Program-made: the position numbers and the translations under genes
The notes under the pieces: model-generated
Seen by the model: only the letters and a program-made list of their open reading frames with translations
What the model was told of the DNA's origin: nothing
The model's database searches: none
Virus record (IMG/VR): IMGVR_UViG_3300037502_002220
Span: 41,445-105,444 of that record
Length of the DNA stretch: 64,000 nucleotides
Origin: a virus
Strand: one strand, 5' to 3'
Part shown: positions 47,330-56,729 of the stretch, piece by piece
Layout: each line of letters opens with the position of its first letter
How positions within the stretch are numbered: position 1 is the first letter of the stretch

Positions 47330-47632
47330 TTATATAAACATTACATGTTTGTTGCAAAACTGAACAAGTTTTTCTCTTGCGGTTTCTTTGTTGATAGCAA
47401 CAGCAAAACCTTTTATTACGATAGTTACTCCTTCATGGCGCTCACGGTGAAACAAGTAGATATCTTGCATAGATTTCTCTATGCGAGTTGCGTACTCTCT
47501 TTTTTCTGATTTCTGTAGTTGCGTGCTATCTAACACTTTCTGTTTTACGCGATCCCAACTCTGAAGTTCAGGATACACGTTCCAGGCAATCTCATTCTTT
47601 TTTATAATTGCCATAAACTCGTAAATTTCCAT
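47330..47632 (-). CDS. Hypothetical protein
   Basis: Tiled ORF. Confidence 0.6.
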   Translation of the reverse strand: MEIYEFMAIIKKNEIAWNVYPELQSWDRVKQKVLDSTQLQKSEKREYATRIEKSMQDIYLFHRERHEGVTIVIKGFAVAINKETAREKLVQFCNKHVMFI

Positions 47633-47635
47633 AAT

Positions 47636-47965
47636 TTAAAGTTTTTTAAATTCTGAAATGCTTTTCGCTAATATCTTTATGGTGCAAGTTTTGATTATTA
47701 CTTGTCGTACAGTATTGGAGTTATTATGTAACTCTCCTGTCATTCTGTTCCAGTATTTATAGTGCTTATTAAGCACTTTATTTATTACATATGGGCTTTG
47801 TTTGTGATCCTCGTACGTAATAGTTATTACATTTCCTTCTTCGACTTGTGTGTCATCTTCAACGTTGATACACGAGTCGCCGTTTAGGTAGTCTCCTCCT
47901 TCTTCTACATAACTTACAACTAACGTTTTCATAATCTTATAATTTTTAGTGAAAAAATAAACCAT
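47636..47965 (-). CDS. Hypothetical protein, paralog of 46995..47312
   Basis: KVLNKHYKYWNRMTGELHN versus RVLDNAYKYYNPSTGELSN. Confidence 0.7.
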   Translation of the reverse strand: MVYFFTKNYKIMKTLVVSYVEEGGDYLNGDSCINVEDDTQVEEGNVITITYEDHKQSPYVINKVLNKHYKYWNRMTGELHNNSNTVRQVIIKTCTIKILAKSISEFKKL

Positions 47966-48269
47966 TAGGTTACCAGAGCAGGTTCTGGGTCAATGGTTAC
48001 ACTTATTAAACCATGTTCGGTTCAAGTGTGGATGCTCTCTCTTTAATAGTACAACAACGTTTTATACATCCATCGCTGTGTGATTTTGTTTGAGGCTACC
48101 TTATCTAGCTTGATAAGATATTCACTACTTACTTGCTATTACAAGGCGTACCATGTACTCAAGTTTATTTCGTTAACCTCAAATTGTAAGTACCTCTTAG
48201 TTTTTAATTTAGTCATCGCAGAAATAAGAGGAATAGAATAACCTACGTTACCCTAAAAACTGCGCTTTT

Positions 48270-48587
48270 TTAACGTTGTATTTGTTCTAAATAAGCAAGT
48301 TGTTTACGTAGTTCAGATAATTTACGATTCCATTCCTGATGGATCTTGTGAATACCTGGAACATTTTCAAAAGCGTTTGCAGAAATACGATTAGCCTTTT
48401 TCAAGGCTTCGATTTCTGCAATTTCTTTTTTGATTTCTGTAATCCTACCGTTTATGTCAACAGGTAGGTTTCTGTCAGCTTCTAAACATTGCTGACAAAC
48501 GATTTTGAGTTCTTCGTCGCACGTGCACGTGTAACCAGGATTAATCTGGTTTAACATGTGCATGTCTTGTGCTTCTTCGTAAGTCAT
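48270..48587 (-). CDS. Hypothetical protein with CxC..CxxC and coiled coil
   Basis: CTC..VCQQC. Confidence 0.6.
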   Translation of the reverse strand: MTYEEAQDMHMLNQINPGYTCTCDEELKIVCQQCLEADRNLPVDINGRITEIKKEIAEIEALKKANRISANAFENVPGIHKIHQEWNRKLSELRKQLAYLEQIQR

Positions 48588-48693
48588 GTATAAGGTTTTT
48601 AAGTTTATAAAAAAGTAACTCCCAACAGCCTGCTAAATACCTCCAACACTGAAGTTGTGTTGCCCTATCCCTTTCGAGGAAGAGGTTTTGGAG

Positions 48694-49395
48694 TTACTTT
48701 GTAAGTGCTAAACGAAATCCACTGCCACCTGAAGAAAGGGCAACAAAGCGAGACGCAATGCGGCAGTTTATGATATTGGCAGTATAAGCACCACCACGTT
48801 CTGCCCGAAGAGGAGTTCCATCATATTCGTAATAACCTACTATGTCTTCGCACCATTCCCTTATATTCCCGCTCATATCGTACAGCCCCAACTCATTAGG
48901 CTTCTTCTGCCCCACTGGATGCACTGTATTTCCAGAATTACCTTCATACCACGCAACTTCATGTAAGTTATTACTGCCTGCGTACCTGTATCCTTTGGTT
49001 TTTAAACCGCCACGGGCTGCAAACTCCCACTCTGCTTCCGTTGGCAAGCGATATTTCAGACCTGTTTTTCTGTTTATTTTAGCCAGAAACTTTTCAATCT
49101 TATAATAGTTTGCATATTGTACTGGACAATTATCGCAGGTTCTCAAATACTTTGCTTTGATTTTCATCACCTCGCGCCACTGTTTCTGCGTAACCGGATA
49201 CTTACTAATATAAAAATCCGATACCGTTACTTGGTGTACAGGCTTTGTGTCCCTATCCCAACACATAAAATTTCTGTAATCACGTTCTCCTGGAAAAATG
49301 TTGATTCTTTGTTCTGGGGTGCAACCCATCATTAATGTGCCTCCTTTCACAAGAATCATGTTATTAAACATTTCTTCTAAGATTTCTTCTAGCAT
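48694..49395 (-). CDS. FGE-sulfatase (SUMF1/C-type lectin fold) domain protein
   Basis: GGTLMMG..PVHQV..YPVTQ..RLPTEAEWEFAARGG..PNELGLYDMSGN..EW..RGG..GFRL. Confidence 0.92.
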   Translation of the reverse strand: MLEEILEEMFNNMILVKGGTLMMGCTPEQRINIFPGERDYRNFMCWDRDTKPVHQVTVSDFYISKYPVTQKQWREVMKIKAKYLRTCDNCPVQYANYYKIEKFLAKINRKTGLKYRLPTEAEWEFAARGGLKTKGYRYAGSNNLHEVAWYEGNSGNTVHPVGQKKPNELGLYDMSGNIREWCEDIVGYYEYDGTPLRAERGGAYTANIINCRIASRFVALSSGGSGFRLALTK

Positions 49396-49429
49396 AATAT
49401 CGTTTTTTGTTTTTTAAGGTTACAAAATA

Positions 49430-49560
49430 ATTGCACTTAGCCTAACACTATAAGAATTTGGAACTTCGTCGATATTACTATCTCCATCCACTGTTCTTAT
49501 ATATTACTTGTGTTCGAGCGGTAATGAACACAACTTTCCTGTGTTAGAACTAAGTGCAAT
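49430..49560 (-). ncRNA. Candidate multi-stem structured RNA
   Basis: 11-bp closing stem attgcacttag/ctaagtgcaat with nested stems. Confidence 0.5.
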
Positions 49561-49562
49561 GT

Positions 49563-49958
49563 TTATTTTATTGTTGTACGTAATTTTTTTGAATCATTTG
49601 ACAACATTTGATGTCGCCATTTTTCATAAATCATGAAAGGTTCTTCGCGGTCTATGTAGATTCCAAAATAGTTTTGGATACAATCTCTTACCACGCTGGC
49701 AGGGATAGAGATGTACTCATTTCCTTCTTGCGGCATTACACGATACCCTTCGCTTTGATTTGCAGGGCATGATGTGTAAATGGTGTATCTTACATATTCT
49801 GGATATTTACAATCCAGATAATACGCTAAACCGTGAAAACCTGCTTTTCTTGCACGTCTTGACATCGCACTCCATTTAGAAGGTACGTCAAAAATAAGTT
49901 TGAAATACATGTGGTCTTTTATTACATGCTTAATACATGATACAGGTAGTATTTTCAT
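49563..49958 (-). CDS. Hypothetical protein
   Basis: ORF track. Confidence 0.6.
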   Translation of the reverse strand: MKILPVSCIKHVIKDHMYFKLIFDVPSKWSAMSRRARKAGFHGLAYYLDCKYPEYVRYTIYTSCPANQSEGYRVMPQEGNEYISIPASVVRDCIQNYFGIYIDREEPFMIYEKWRHQMLSNDSKKLRTTIK

Positions 49959-50021
49959 TTTTTTTCTTTTTGAAATAATAAAATATGCAGTGTTTTGCTG
50001 GATGCTGCACCCCAGATTTCG

Positions 50022-50600
50022 TTAATATTTCAGTCTTTTTGTTGGAACCCACATCCAACCTTCAGTGGCCGAATACCAGTGTGAAACACCGGTTATCCCT
50101 TCCACAAAGTAAGCTTTGCCTACTTTGTATACGTTGTGGCCCAGGTATTTGACAAGCTTGTTGTCTTCATCGAAGACCCCATGTGTCCAAGAGTCTCCGT
50201 ACTCGTCAGAATCTCTTCTGTTAGCTAAGTACATCATGTACTCAGCTTTGAAGAAAAATCCTCTTGCAAATTTCTCTTCCTTGTAATAAGCACGCGCAAA
50301 CCTGCGCATACCATTAAAAGAAGCGCCTCTTCTTATGGCTGCAAGACAAATACTGTCTAACGTGGTGTACAAGCCGTGATTAGCCCACAATTGCGTCAGG
50401 TTTTGTGTTCCTGACAACGAAATAGGGTTTTTAAACCCTGTGGACCCTTTTTCTTCCGTAGTTCCTGCTAATATCTCGGCAAATAGTTGCCGTAGGATAA
50501 TAGCGTCCTTTTCAAGTATTTCAGCGTCTTTCAACGACTGAAAAAAGTTAACGAATTGATAATCCTTGTGAAAGGATTTTGCTAAAATTGAAGCTTCCAT
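50022..50600 (-). CDS. Hypothetical protein
   Basis: ORF track. Confidence 0.7.
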   Translation of the reverse strand: MEASILAKSFHKDYQFVNFFQSLKDAEILEKDAIILRQLFAEILAGTTEEKGSTGFKNPISLSGTQNLTQLWANHGLYTTLDSICLAAIRRGASFNGMRRFARAYYKEEKFARGFFFKAEYMMYLANRRDSDEYGDSWTHGVFDEDNKLVKYLGHNVYKVGKAYFVEGITGVSHWYSATEGWMWVPTKRLKY

Positions 50601-50854
50601 AATTTACGCGAGTTTTACTACTTCACGTTGGTAGGGTTTTTATTGAGATTAAACAATACACAAGTTTTATATAAGCACTAATACTGTATCAAGTACAGAT
50701 ATAAGCCACGCAAAAACTTGCAAAAACTTTCAAGGATTCTCACCTTGACTGCATACTTTATCTGGGAACTACGAGATGCTAAGTATATAGCGATCAGTAG
50801 GAGTGTGCATGAAACATATCTACCAGTTTTCTCTAGATATGTTATGATTATAGT

Positions 50855-51124
50855 TTATAATTTGTGAAAAATAGGAATTTCCGTTATCACATCTAAAACT
50901 ACATAGGATCCGCAGATCCCTTTCACAATAGCATGAAAGTTTTTGTCTTCGTCCGAAAACATGACCACTTTATTTACAAGCGGTCCCAACTTTTCGTCGA
51001 GAATTTCACACTTTTTTTCGTGTTCTAGCTCTTCTTCAGAAGGGCTAAATCCTGGTGCCCAGTATGGTGAGTCCCAGAAACCATTTAGTCTTATTTCTTC
51101 GTAAGTGAAAATTGGAACTGACAT
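50855..51124 (-). CDS. Hypothetical protein
   Basis: ORF track. Confidence 0.6.
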   Translation of the reverse strand: MSVPIFTYEEIRLNGFWDSPYWAPGFSPSEEELEHEKKCEILDEKLGPLVNKVVMFSDEDKNFHAIVKGICGSYVVLDVITEIPIFHKL

Positions 51125-51234
51125 AACATTACCTCAACGATTTTAGAGGATTTATTTAAACCAGTACGTTACGCTGGTTTTAAGGTTTTTGAAAGTTGAG
51201 ATAAGCAGTTTATAGAGGTGCTCAGCTCTCAATA

Positions 51235-51561
51235 TTAGTTCATGTAAGCAGGTTTTTCACCTGCTTTACAGTTATATGTATATTCAAATGCGCCTAACAT
51301 CATAAGCGCCTTTTCCCTATTTTCTGCTATTACGTAGCCAGAAATTTGTGTGTTATCACCCCAATAATTTCTTGAGTACAAAAACACTCCAGTTTTTTTC
51401 ACTACAGTTTCACCGTTGTGAATATTTCCTTCGTGAATTTTCTTTTTTGCTTCTTCCCAAGTATGTTCGCTCCACAAGTTACAACTCATAGGTGAACTGT
51501 AGTTCTCTTCGTTCCAGTACATGGAACTTCCTCTAAATTTGAAAACTTTTAAGTCTTGCAT
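51235..51561 (-). CDS. Hypothetical protein
   Basis: ORF track. Confidence 0.6.
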   Translation of the reverse strand: MQDLKVFKFRGSSMYWNEENYSSPMSCNLWSEHTWEEAKKKIHEGNIHNGETVVKKTGVFLYSRNYWGDNTQISGYVIAENREKALMMLGAFEYTYNCKAGEKPAYMN

Positions 51562-51641
51562 TATGCTTAAGGTTTTTAAAGATTAATAAAAGGTGACGCA
51601 GCTACATTACATAGACTGCGCCATCCGAATCTAAAAATTTA

Positions 51642-51854
51642 TTATGATCCTTCTTTTTTTTTCCTAGTAATATCTGTAAGAACTATTACGGGTGGTATCC
51701 ACCCGAATATTACAAGAATCATAATCATCCCGTTGCTCGTTGCGATTTCTCGCAACGATAACCCAGGATTAAATATTAATCCTAGCGTAGACAAAAGCAA
51801 CCACGTTATTAAAAACGTGATTACTATTACAATCATGATTTTTGTGTTTTTCAT
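51642..51854 (-). CDS. Small two-helix membrane protein
   Basis: Two hydrophobic segments and a basic tail. Confidence 0.6.
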   Translation of the reverse strand: MKNTKIMIVIVITFLITWLLLSTLGLIFNPGLSLREIATSNGMIMILVIFGWIPPVIVLTDITRKKKEGS

Positions 51855-51888
51855 GATTTTGTATATTTTACAAGGTTAAGAGATTTGC

Positions 51889-52049
51889 TTTGCGCTAAGT
51901 TGTAATGACAGACCCAATAACTTAGGGTTTCTTGGACTCACTTATTTCAGAGAGTATCCTACTGTCTACGTCAGATTTAAGCTATCATTAATCTGATATT
52001 ACTAAGGATTTCCCTTAGCTCAATTACAACTGTTCACCCTTAGCGCAAA
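51889..52049 (-). ncRNA. Candidate multi-branched structured RNA
   Basis: tttgcgctaag/cttagcgcaaa and gttgtaat/attacaac closing stems with several inner hairpins. Confidence 0.55.
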
Positions 52050-52406
52050 AGAATTTTATTTGGGCTGTCTTACACCTTTTAATGCTAGTTTAACAACCTC
52101 TCTTTTCGAGTACTAGCAGGTGGAATAGTGTTTAAGTAAGTATCAACACTATTCTGCATACTTCGGTAGTTTTAGGGTATAGGATATTAACTACATTAAT
52201 CCCACCCTAGTTTTGTGCTTGCAACACAAGCACTTAGAAGTAATAAACATGATGTTTGTCTTAAAACACTGGATTTGAGCCGCGAAAACTCAAATCACTT
52301 TGTAGTTGAAAGAGTTGTGATAAATGGTGTTGAGTGGTTAATACCCTCTACACACACTACACAACTCTTTCATTATCAGTTGTTTTGTAAAAAACCAACT
52401 AAGGAC

Positions 52407-52697
52407 CTACAAGAGGTCCTTAGCGGTTATCTTTACGCGGGCTTGAGCTTCATCAGCTCGTAACCACTCAGATGTGTTAGATGCTTTCCTCCAATTGGCG
52501 GAGAAGAACATCTTGTCACCAGACTTAGTAGCAGAGATTCCTTCACCCATCTCTTCAAGATGACGGATGGATACAAGATACAGGTTTTTGTCGTCTTTAA
52601 GAACGACTGCACCCTGTTCGGGTGCAACCTTGACAACCTCTAGCTTATTTGGGACGCTAGTGCCCATTGCTTCGTTTACGAAGTCTATAGCTCTCAT
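52407..52697 (-). CDS. Hypothetical protein, first gene of the early block (likely start MRAID)
   Basis: ORF 52407..52745 with an A-rich leader before the ATG at 52697. Confidence 0.65.
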   Translation of the reverse strand: MRAIDFVNEAMGTSVPNKLEVVKVAPEQGAVVLKDDKNLYLVSIRHLEEMGEGISATKSGDKMFFSANWRKASNTSEWLRADEAQARVKITAKDLL

Positions 52698-52764
52698 GAC
52701 TGTAGTATTTTGAGAGTACAGGGGCAATATTACCCACAAGTACAAGGGGGGGTTGGAATTGGGA

Positions 52765-52995
52765 AGCTCAAACTCTCTCTATTATATATAACTAGTCTTG
52801 TATATTAGCCTAAACTCTCTCTATTATATATAAGCTATATTATATAACAACTTATATTTAGCTCATACTCCTACCATTATATATTATTCCGTTAATTTCT
52901 TAGTTTAAACCTATACCATTATATATTACTACTTTAATTTTTTAGCCTAGACTCTCACTATATTATATATGCTTATTAAAACTTAGCTTATACTC
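52765..52995. repeat. Five to six degenerate direct repeats in an AT-rich non-coding region
   Basis: aaactctctctattatatataa is identical at 52770 and 52812; variants near 52865, 52907 and 52949. Confidence 0.8.
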
Positions 52996-53406
52996 TAACT
53001 ACAAGGTTATACGCAATCAGATATAATTCAACCTATATCTTATGAATTATATGTGATAGGGTATAATTTTAGGATACAAACTACATAGGGGAGATCTTTA
53101 CTAAGATCTAAGGGTAGGGGGTATTAAATAAAGTAGAAGTAATACGGGTATATAGGATCTATATATAGCGTTCGCGTATAGATAGTACTCACCCAAAGGA
53201 GGATAAATAAGAGGAAGAATTAGTAGGAGAACATTAGTACGTGTACTAGTTTATAATCTATCACGTAAAACCGTAATTATCTTTTCTTCGTCTTATGCTA
53301 ATACGAACAATTTTTTTTTGACATAAGTTCGCAGAAGTTCCTATTTTTTAAAAAAAATATCAAAATATCTAAACTACGTAACATTTTTTGTTAACGACAC
53401 ATAAAT

Positions 53407-53435
53407 AAAAAAACCTAGGGCTTTTACACCCTAGG
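53407..53435 (-). terminator. Terminator of the glycosylation cassette
   Basis: cctaggg/ccctagg stem plus T7. Confidence 0.7.
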
Positions 53436-53470
53436 CTCCAAAACACTCGACCATGACAACAAAAATAGAA

Positions 53471-54082
53471 TTATATCTTTTTAATCCAAATGAACCATTC
53501 TTTGTGTAGGCTTGGAATAAATATTTTAGTTACAAAATAAGGATCTTTATCTAACACCCAGGTGTCAGTATACTTGTTAGTAAGAATTAGTTGGTTATCG
53601 ATAGTATTTAAGTTCCACTGATGAAAGCCTTCGTAGTTTTCATAACTACCTTCGTTAGCAAAACTTTGTACGATAAGATAACCATTTACATTTACACAAG
53701 CACACAAGTTGTTATATGCTTTTTGTACATCTTGACAGTGATCTAATGCATTTGAAATATGTACGATATTAAACTTAGTATTTAAGTCTAATGATTCTGC
53801 AGACTTAGCTATAGGTGGATTAATTCTATAGCCATTATAGTTAAAAAACTTAGCGTATTCATCTGCAAGTGGATCGCAGGCTACAAGTTTATCTGAATCT
53901 ATTGTACCGTGTAATAATGATACTACACCACTACCTACATCTAAAACTGAAGAAGAACGGTGATTTAGTAAAAACCCATAGACAATATCGTTTAGTTCTG
54001 GTGTTTTACTACTACTTAACCAACCGTCTAGGAATCTGTTAGTAGTTACAAAATGTTTCCAGAAGTCTATTTCATGTTGCAT
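53471..54082 (-). CDS. Class I SAM-dependent methyltransferase
   Basis: VLDVGSG..CDPL..SNALDH..GYLIV. Confidence 0.85.
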   Translation of the reverse strand: MQHEIDFWKHFVTTNRFLDGWLSSSKTPELNDIVYGFLLNHRSSSVLDVGSGVVSLLHGTIDSDKLVACDPLADEYAKFFNYNGYRINPPIAKSAESLDLNTKFNIVHISNALDHCQDVQKAYNNLCACVNVNGYLIVQSFANEGSYENYEGFHQWNLNTIDNQLILTNKYTDTWVLDKDPYFVTKIFIPSLHKEWFIWIKKI

Positions 54083-54531
54083 TATATCTTCAGTTTGTAT
54101 TCTAGTATTAGTTCTTCTACAATACCGTCGCCACCTTTAGTTTCTAAACGATGTACTTCTAAGTGGTCGTATTCATCAAATAGTATACTACCGTCTAAAG
54201 GTGTACACGGGTATTCACTCTGTAATAAAGCTTCTTTATCTAAGAAGTAATCATCTGCACACATTAAGGTACTATTCCAATCTACATCTATTTTATGTTT
54301 TGTTTTAGTGTAGATATATTCAACACCTACTTTCTCGGCCCAAGCTCTAGTACCTAACCATTCATCTGCTGTACAAATAACTATTCTGTAGTAATCAGAT
54401 AATCTACGTAGTGCACTAATATCTCTACAGTTAAATGTTTTAAACTGTTTAGAACCATTTACATCTATATTCTGATGTGCTGGAGTTAGTACACCGTCAC
54501 AGTCAAGTACTATGGTAGTAATGTTATTCAT
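54082..54531 (-). CDS. HAD-family phosphatase (KdsC-like)
   Basis: LDCDGVLT..KTFNCRD..ADD..GGDGIV. Confidence 0.8.
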   Translation of the reverse strand: MNNITTIVLDCDGVLTPAHQNIDVNGSKQFKTFNCRDISALRRLSDYYRIVICTADEWLGTRAWAEKVGVEYIYTKTKHKIDVDWNSTLMCADDYFLDKEALLQSEYPCTPLDGSILFDEYDHLEVHRLETKGGDGIVEELILEYKLKI

Positions 54532-54781
54532 TGTCTTTTACTTTTTCGTTGTCTTCTTCGGTGAGTAAAATAACGCGTAGTGGAATTTGAATGAGACCGT
54601 CAAAGTCTCCAAGTTTTACAAGTTCACCAAAGTCTAAGGTTACAGTAATGCTACGATCTACGCGAGTAGCTACTTTGGTAATTACAGCACCAGTTACATC
54701 AATCATGGTAAGTAAATTTAGTAAGTTATTAATAATAGTAAAGATACGTAATTCTATACATATTGTAAAACGGTTCTCCAA
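54524..54781 (-). CDS. Hypothetical protein (likely start MIDVT)
   Basis: ORF track. Confidence 0.55.
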   Translation of the reverse strand: MENRFTICIELRIFTIINNLLNLLTMIDVTGAVITKVATRVDRSITVTLDFGELVKLGDFDGLIQIPLRVILLTEEDNEKVKDNE

Positions 54782-55365
54782 CCTTTACCGTATTTATTTA
54801 TGAGGGCTAGTATAGTTTCTTCGTCGTAGTATTCACGCAGTAGTGCCCTAGCTTGTGTTACAGGATGAGATTGTAACATGTGTCTATTGTAGACGTGAGT
54901 AACTTCTGAAGTATGATCTACGTACATGTTATAACCTTTAGCGTTAGCTCTATAGCTCCAATCTAAATCAAAACCCCAGTAAGGCATATTTTCATCAGCT
55001 TCACCTACATCGAGTAGTAAGTTAGCATTAAACATAGGTGCGGTAAATTCTATAAATGGTATTTTACCAGAACCAAATCTAATGTGAGGGTGATCAGAGT
55101 TAAACTTAGGATGTACTGCACAAGCTAGTTTATCTTGTTCGAGTACATGTACTAATTTGTCTTTAGTACCACGTTCAAACTCTACGTTAGTAATCCACCA
55201 TACGTAATCACAAGATGGTAGTTTACGTAGAGCTTCGTTAAAAGCTACTGCCATAGAACCTACTCCTTGGCGATCTACGTAGATAATGTCTTTTTTGTCA
55301 AAGTCTTTAGTTACGCTAGAACAAGTACCTTCGTCGTACTCTAATACTAATGCGATTGTTCTCAT
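54754..55365 (-). CDS. Glycosyltransferase family 2-like
   Basis: AVAFNEAL..DYVWW..VGEADE..WGFDLDWSYRA..GY..VTH. Confidence 0.75.
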   Translation of the reverse strand: MRTIALVLEYDEGTCSSVTKDFDKKDIIYVDRQGVGSMAVAFNEALRKLPSCDYVWWITNVEFERGTKDKLVHVLEQDKLACAVHPKFNSDHPHIRFGSGKIPFIEFTAPMFNANLLLDVGEADENMPYWGFDLDWSYRANAKGYNMYVDHTSEVTHVYNRHMLQSHPVTQARALLREYYDEETILALINKYGKGWRTVLQYV

Positions 55366-56315
55366 AATGAAATTATTTTCTCTAAGATACGTATATCCCA
55401 GCGAAAAGGTTTACACCCAGATCTTAATTCTTCTAAAAATTCATGATCTGAATACATTTTATCAGCCCAAAATAGTAATTCATCTATGTTATAATTGCAA
55501 CGTACAGCATTCTTTAAATGTCCTAAATCATCATCACCGTTTATGATAGCTCTACATACTGGCGTAGAACAACTAATACTTTCTAACCCTACATAAGATC
55601 TACAGTCGTATTTAGTAGCTTGTATGGTAAAGAGACTTTTGTTATAAAGTTCTACAAGATCTGTAGTATCAGCACCCTGTACATATAGATCTGGAATATC
55701 GGTATACCATTGCATAGGATCTGCACCATAAGCTGCGATCTTTACGTTATACTTCTTTTTAAGGAACTGTGCTACACGAGGACCTAGTGCATCTACATCT
55801 TTAGCTGCATTCTGTGCGTTCCAGTTAGCAACAAGAATATATGATCTATCTAGATTTTTATTTATAAACTGTTCGTCTACACCCAGATCGATATAGTGTA
55901 TTACGCTATTTACACCCATAGAACGCAACCTGTATATTAACCAATGACTAATAGTAATTATAGGCATACCGCTATAATATGCTTGCATACATTCTGTGTA
56001 CCATGTAGTATCACCTGGTTTAAATAGTTCTTCTGCCATTTGCAAGAATAAGAACTTCTTAACAGGATAGTCTTTAATAGCATTTGCTATAACTGGACTG
56101 CCGCATATAACAACATCATATCCCAGTAAGTATAAGTTTGTACCAACAGTAGTGAACACCTTAAGGTTAGCCCATTTCATATCATCTTCGCTACCAGCTT
56201 CAAGACTGTGAAATACAACATGATGGCCCCTATCTTGTAATTTAGATGACATATCTATTAAAGACCTTGTTCCTCCATGTGGTCTTAAGCAAGGTGCAAT
56301 TATTAAAATGTTCAT
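55362..56315 (-). CDS. Glycosyltransferase GT-B (GT4-like)
   Basis: MNILII..HGG..LQDRGHHV..ITISHW..LVELYN..GLESISCSTPV. Confidence 0.8.
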   Translation of the reverse strand: MNILIIAPCLRPHGGTRSLIDMSSKLQDRGHHVVFHSLEAGSEDDMKWANLKVFTTVGTNLYLLGYDVVICGSPVIANAIKDYPVKKFLFLQMAEELFKPGDTTWYTECMQAYYSGMPIITISHWLIYRLRSMGVNSVIHYIDLGVDEQFINKNLDRSYILVANWNAQNAAKDVDALGPRVAQFLKKKYNVKIAAYGADPMQWYTDIPDLYVQGADTTDLVELYNKSLFTIQATKYDCRSYVGLESISCSTPVCRAIINGDDDLGHLKNAVRCNYNIDELLFWADKMYSDHEFLEELRSGCKPFRWDIRILEKIISL

Positions 56316-56334
56316 GATATATTTGATTTTATCA

Positions 56335-56342
56335 CAAAATTA
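56335..56342 (-). promoter_or_regulatory. Bacteroidota-type -7 element at the divergent strand switch
   Basis: TAATTTTG about 20 nt upstream of the ATG at 56315. Confidence 0.5.
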
Positions 56343-56372
56343 AACAAACTTTGTAAAAAATTTGTAAATGTC

Positions 56373-56729
56373 ATGAATATTAGCTTAAACTTTACAGATA
56401 AGGAAGCATTCTATAGACAAGTACTGAGATGCTTGAATGCTTTCGTAGAAGAAGATTGTCTCTTAACACCTACTGAAGAGACGTTATTAGTACACGTGTT
56501 GTGTACTCCTGGTCCTATAGAAGGTAGAGTACGTAGAGTAATACTTCAGAAATCTAAGATGTCTACACAATCTTTATCTGCACATATCAAACGTATAAAA
56601 AACAAAGGTTGGTTAGATAAATATGGTATCCCAGATAAAGCAATTAAGCGCTTTCAAGATGAGCAAGAAGCTAAGTTCTCTATAACACTCTCTTATGGAA
56701 ATAACGAAAATACTAGCGCAGGAGTTTAA
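56373..56729 (+). CDS. Winged-HTH DNA-binding protein
   Basis: LTPTE..MSTQSLSAHIKRIKNKGWL. Confidence 0.6.
   Translation: MNISLNFTDKEAFYRQVLRCLNAFVEEDCLLTPTEETLLVHVLCTPGPIEGRVRRVILQKSKMSTQSLSAHIKRIKNKGWLDKYGIPDKAIKRFQDEQEAKFSITLSYGNNENTSAGV

Noticed and set aside
40080-49395. Complete diversity-generating retroelement
   Set aside because: No reverse transcriptase and no TR/VR repeat pair seen in this window; kept only as a conditional hypothesis.
52215-52463. 82-aa + strand ORF
   Set aside because: GTG start, opposite to all neighbours, overlaps a - strand gene, no recognisable features.
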